64,000 nucleotides of DNA from Hemiscyllium ocellatum (taxonomy: Eukaryota), in the NCBI RefSeq assembly GCF_020745735.1, contig NC_083435.1, positions 44,826,498 through 44,890,497 of the forward strand, written 5' to 3'. Numbering within the stretch: position 1 is the first letter of the stretch; every line of letters begins with the position of its first letter. The translations under genes and the position numbers were made by a program. Below the pieces are notes generated by a model. The model saw only the letters and a program-made list of their open reading frames with translations. It did not search any database and was not told the origin of the DNA. Positions 59,840-64,000 of the stretch are shown here, piece by piece.

Positions 59840-60520
59840 GTTTAATCCAAATGTACACTATGATGTATCAGCATTGTCAGTATTTGAAAGCATGGTGTTG
59901 AAGGAGGTGACACCATGGACGTGACACCACGCTTTGTCTTCATTGGCACTATTTGATGGAAACAATGCTGAAGGATCTCTTACCTGGATCATCCCTATCT
60001 GAGGTATGTTTGTTGAGGACATGTGTAGATGGCCTTCGATCTACTGTGCATCTCATTCGGTGCATGTCCTGATGACGCTGCATTCGATGGAGTGTTTTAA
60101 GATTACTCTGTTACTGGCTACGATGTTATTATTCCAACCATGTTCCGACCAGTTATTACTGCTGCTCATTTCATCACTTATTAGTTATTTCACCAAAGCA
60201 AATTACCCTCCAGAAAAGCTGCTGAATGATCAATAGACGTAGACTCACTTTCTGGGAGACTATTACATGGATAAAGTGAAAGCTGAACGTGTGCCAACAG
60301 CGGTACATTATATTTGCAGCATCAGTTATCGGTTTGACGAGGGTGATTTGGGGAGATTGTGTCCTTTAACGCATGGAGATGGAGTCAGGAACAAGGCAAA
60401 TTGGTCATGAATACAGATTGTGTAATGATACAAAAACCTGGTCACTTCACCCGATGACACCTCGTCAAGGAGACGCATTAGGTGAGTGAACAACTTTTGT
60501 TAGAGTGCAGTTGGTCAATT
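59840..60520 (-). mobile_element. Very old RTE-like LINE remnant
   Basis: Minus-strand pieces resembling the RTE C-terminus (R..GH..RM, DKAW.HVHGVTSF); weak. Confidence 0.4.
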
Positions 60521-61922
60521 GGAATTCTTCACCTTCGCTGGTGCATTCCAACGTTTGAGACAATATTTTTAATGCAAGAGTAATACAACACTATTCAGAC
60601 AATTATTTTCAGAACACAGGTCTGCATGCATTTTATTCAACTGAAAAATGAATTAGTACAGACTTTTAATATGGAATTTTGAAATTAAAATGTTTATTAA
60701 GTTCAACTATATTAGTTTTCCACATTAGTACAATTAATTTTGCTCAGTTTAAGTCTCGCACAGAAATTAACTGTGGTGTATTTTATTCATTGCTGTAATC
60801 AGGCATCAGACTAACGTAACAAGCTAACACAAAATAAGATGTGTATGTTGATGATTTCCAAAGGACCTTTGCCACTATTTTGCCAATCAAATACATGGAA
60901 GTGAATCCACGTCTTCAGAACACGTTCACGTTTTTTTTTCGATCAGGACATGCATTTCTGACGATGTGTCTGGAGATGGATCTTTCAGTCCTGAGGGAAA
61001 TTCTAAGAGCCTCACTGTTCACGTGAAAATACACCGTATCAACATGTGAGCGGCTGATGTAGTCTGTAATTTAGCTGAATTAGTCCTGTCATTTTTATCT
61101 ACTTCATCTAGATAAGAAGATAATATACTGATCAAGCTGCTCCTTACTTTTATTTTGAAAACACAGTTAGATGCAAATGTAACACATCTTTTTTTTTTAC
61201 AGTTTATTACAATTAGGTTAAAATGTCTTCTACCTGAATTACACCTCAAATTCTAATCTTTAAATATGCAAGAAGGCTTTTTATCACATTGAAACAATTT
61301 AGAAAACACACACCTAACATAATTCTGCATGAGTTTATACACCATCCTCAAACTGCAATGAACAAGTGTTATTCATCATTTGCAGATTATGCCACAAAAA
61401 TTTTATAATGTTGTGAAATATCTGGTTTTTATCTTGCATACAACTACAATTACTGATACAAATGTAAGAAATTCCGGAGACTCTTCAACTTTGTTGTATA
61501 CATCTAATTGCTGAGTACATACAAAAACAGCAATTCGTTTTTTCTAAATTGTATGGTGATGGAATTTTGCAAAATTAAAAATGTGTTTCATTGAAGCTTT
61601 TTAAAACTACTGAAAGAAAAGCAACTATTGCTGCAGAAAGTGGGGGGAAGTTGTGCGGACAAAATAGAATTCAAAGTCACTGGACTCGCAACTTTGACAG
61701 ATTTGCTTTTTTAAAAAATTAAGACCATTGGTGAACCCAATATACTTTATCCAAGCATATTAAAATTGGCAATTTTTAGAAATCATTGACGAAAAAAGTA
61801 AGATGTCATGTATTTACCGTCAAGATATCACCTGTTACTGTCTTGGGTCCTCTTTGCAGATTGATATAATTTTATTCCGAGAAAAATACTTTTCAGTGAA
61901 ATAGAACATGCTGAGCTAAGAG

Positions 61923-62250
61923 GAATCATAGACTCCCTACAAAGTGTAAGCAGACCAATTAGTCCAATGCGTCCACACTGACGGTCAAAAGAGTATTCCG
62001 CCCAGACCCAACAACCTCTCCCGGCAGCTCCGCAATCCTATCACTGTGACCCTGCACATTCCTGGAAACTGTGGTCAATTTAGCACCGAAGATCTGTCTA
62101 ATCTGCACATGCCCAGACTGTTGGAGGAAATGAGAGCATCCGAAGGAAACAGATACAGACACGGGAAAATACGCAATGCCCACAGAGGTAGCCTAACCTG
62201 GAATTGTACCCAGGTTCCTGGTGTTATGCAGCAGCAGTGCTAACTAACGG
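61923..62250 (-). mobile_element. Old HE1-like SINE
   Basis: gaatcatagactccctacaaagtg tail, caatttagcac..atctgcacat body, cagcagtgctaac head. Confidence 0.75.
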
Positions 62251-62470
62251 AAACAGTGTTATATATTAACCAATTGGCTGAAATTATTTTTAAAAATCCT
62301 GGTGACAGATCCATCCAGTGGGAAACAAAGACGTTCCCAGAAAATGACCTTATTGTAATTCGAGCAGTGTGGGGCTGAACTGGAATCTGTTGAGTTCAGC
62401 CTGAACACAGAATATAGAATGTGAATTGGGTTTCATTGCAGATTCGATGCTGAGAATTGTTCTATTCTTT

Positions 62471-63375
62471 TCAGTGCTTCAATAACTTCAATATGATTCT
62501 GAGTGGATATTTGATCCCATTATTCAGCTCCTGTCTAAATTTTCTCTGGGCCACTGCATAAATACATGTGTTCGTGCAGGTACTCAAATTGAGGAGCATA
62601 AAGCTAGTAATATCTGCGACATACAGCGGGTCATTAAAGCTTGCAGAATAATACTTGCGTTTAATTGTCATTAGTAAGAAACATATCATATACAGCATCC
62701 ATAATATTAGGAAGTTTCCAGATACAGTGAAAAGTAAAATGATAGATTTCTTCCTCTTCTCTATCTCTGGATCATTCTGATCTACATCATTCTTGCTCTC
62801 TCGCAGCCTCCGGCGAATTTTGCTGGTTATTAAAACTTGTCCCACAGTCAGAACATTGAACAGGAAGATCAACATTGTTGGGAACAGTGGAGTCAAACAT
62901 CGGTCAATCCAACTAAAAGCTTTCCATGCAGCAAAAGTATAATAATCTAATTTGAAGTTGCAGCCCCAGGCCACGTTTTCTATTATAATGTATGGCCCAA
63001 ATGTAAAACAAAATGGAATGTTTTTGAAACATAGCACCAGACAGACTGCTCCGATAACCACAGCTGCTGTTTTCTCAGTGCAATATCTGATCCTTAGCCT
63101 CTGGCAACAAATGGAAATAAAGCGATCAAAAGTGAAAGTCACTGTTAACCAGACAGAACAATCGGTGGCTGCACGAGCCATGGCATAGTTGGCAGAGCAA
63201 ATGGGGGTGAGAAAAAGGAATGTATTCGGAAAATACAGATCATTGATCCTCCAAAGCACCACGTCAGTGATAAGAGTTAAGAGATCCGCTGAAGCCATTG
63301 CTTGCAGGTAACGAGTGATACATTTGGAGAGACCACATTTTCCCTGTGACAGGATTATGATAGTTATCACATTAC
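62471..63375 (-). CDS. Rhodopsin-class GPCR, GPR139-like family; main coding exon (first exon outside the window)
   Basis: GNVITIIILSQGKCGLSKC, TM2 LQAMASADLL, TM3 SVWLTVTFTFDRFISIC, ECL2 WGC, TM5 LTPLFP, TM6 KKSIILLFTVSGNFLILW, TM7 NLSTCTNTCIY. Polypyrimidine tract plus catacag| acceptor just before 63375; frame open to the stop at 62471. Confidence 0.9.
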
Positions 63376-63413
63376 CTGTATGATTATAAACAAAAAGAAG
63401 CAGAGAAATCATC

Positions 63414-64000
63414 GAACATAGAACATAGAAGATTGAGAAACACAGCACAGTACAGGCGTTTCGGCCCTCACTGTTGCACCAACCTGTGAAAACAATCTAA
63501 ACCTCATCCATCTTACAATATTCCATTATCATCCATAATCCATGACCACTTAATTGCACTTAAATTTTGCGAGTCTACTACTGTTGCAGTTAGGGCATCC
63601 ACGTCTTCACTACTCTCTGTCGAAAGAACCTGCCTCTGGCACCTGTCCTAGATCTATCACCACTCTGTTTCGAGCTATGTCCCCTTGAACATGCTAGCAT
63701 TATACGAGGAAAAGGGCTCTCACAGTCGACACTATCTAATCCTTTGCTCATTTTGTATGTCTCTATTAAGTTATCTTTCTTCTCATCCTTCGTTTCTCTA
63801 ACGAAAACAGCCTCAAATCACTCAGCCTTACCTGAAAAGACCTTCCTGCCATACCAGGCAACTTTTTAATAAATTTCCCCTGCCCCTTTTCCAATGCTTC
63901 CATATCTGTACTATAACTCAGGGAACAGAACTGCATCCAATACTCCTACTTTGGCTGCACTAGAGATTTGCACAGTTGCAGCTTGACCTCATAGTTCGTA
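63414..64000 (-). mobile_element. CR1 3' fragment in the GPCR intron
   Basis: (ttctatg)n tail at 63414-63430 and a body colinear with 8346-8900. Confidence 0.88.

Noticed and set aside
63376-63448. ORF-track N-terminus MLCFSIFYVLCSM.. of the GPCR
   Set aside because: Derived from the CR1 (ttctatg)n tail and the intron polypyrimidine tract; a splice acceptor at 63376 marks the real exon start.

Overview
Eukaryotic vertebrate DNA, almost certainly from a shark or other elasmobranch (inferred from HE1-type tRNA-derived SINEs, CR1 and Penelope repeat families and the MHC sequence; the species cannot be fixed from the sequence). Three host genes are visible. (1) The 3' end of a tandem C2H2 zinc-finger gene (+, to 940) whose array continues as decayed fingers past the stop codon. 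(2) A complete, apparently intact 7-exon MHC class I heavy-chain gene (+, 31058-40084, 365 aa as I splice it) resembling the shark UAA lineage but with several non-canonical changes: K146T, a shifted glycosylation sequon, an unpaired Cys in alpha1 and a new alpha3 sequon. (3) The main coding exon of a rhodopsin-class GPCR of the GPR139-like family (-, 63375-62471). Immediately upstream of the MHC gene, head-to-head, lies an internally deleted class I (HERV-I-like) endogenous retrovirus with one LTR and a tRNA-Pro PBS (about 23985-29429, -). An orphan CpG-rich promoter with opposed ZNF143/THAP11-type motifs sits at about 16.1-16.3 kb. The rest is nested CR1 and other LINE, Penelope-like (several with minimal hammerhead ribozyme motifs), SINE and Gypsy remnants. 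Gene and motif coordinates were read by eye; repeat boundaries are approximate. No database searches were run.
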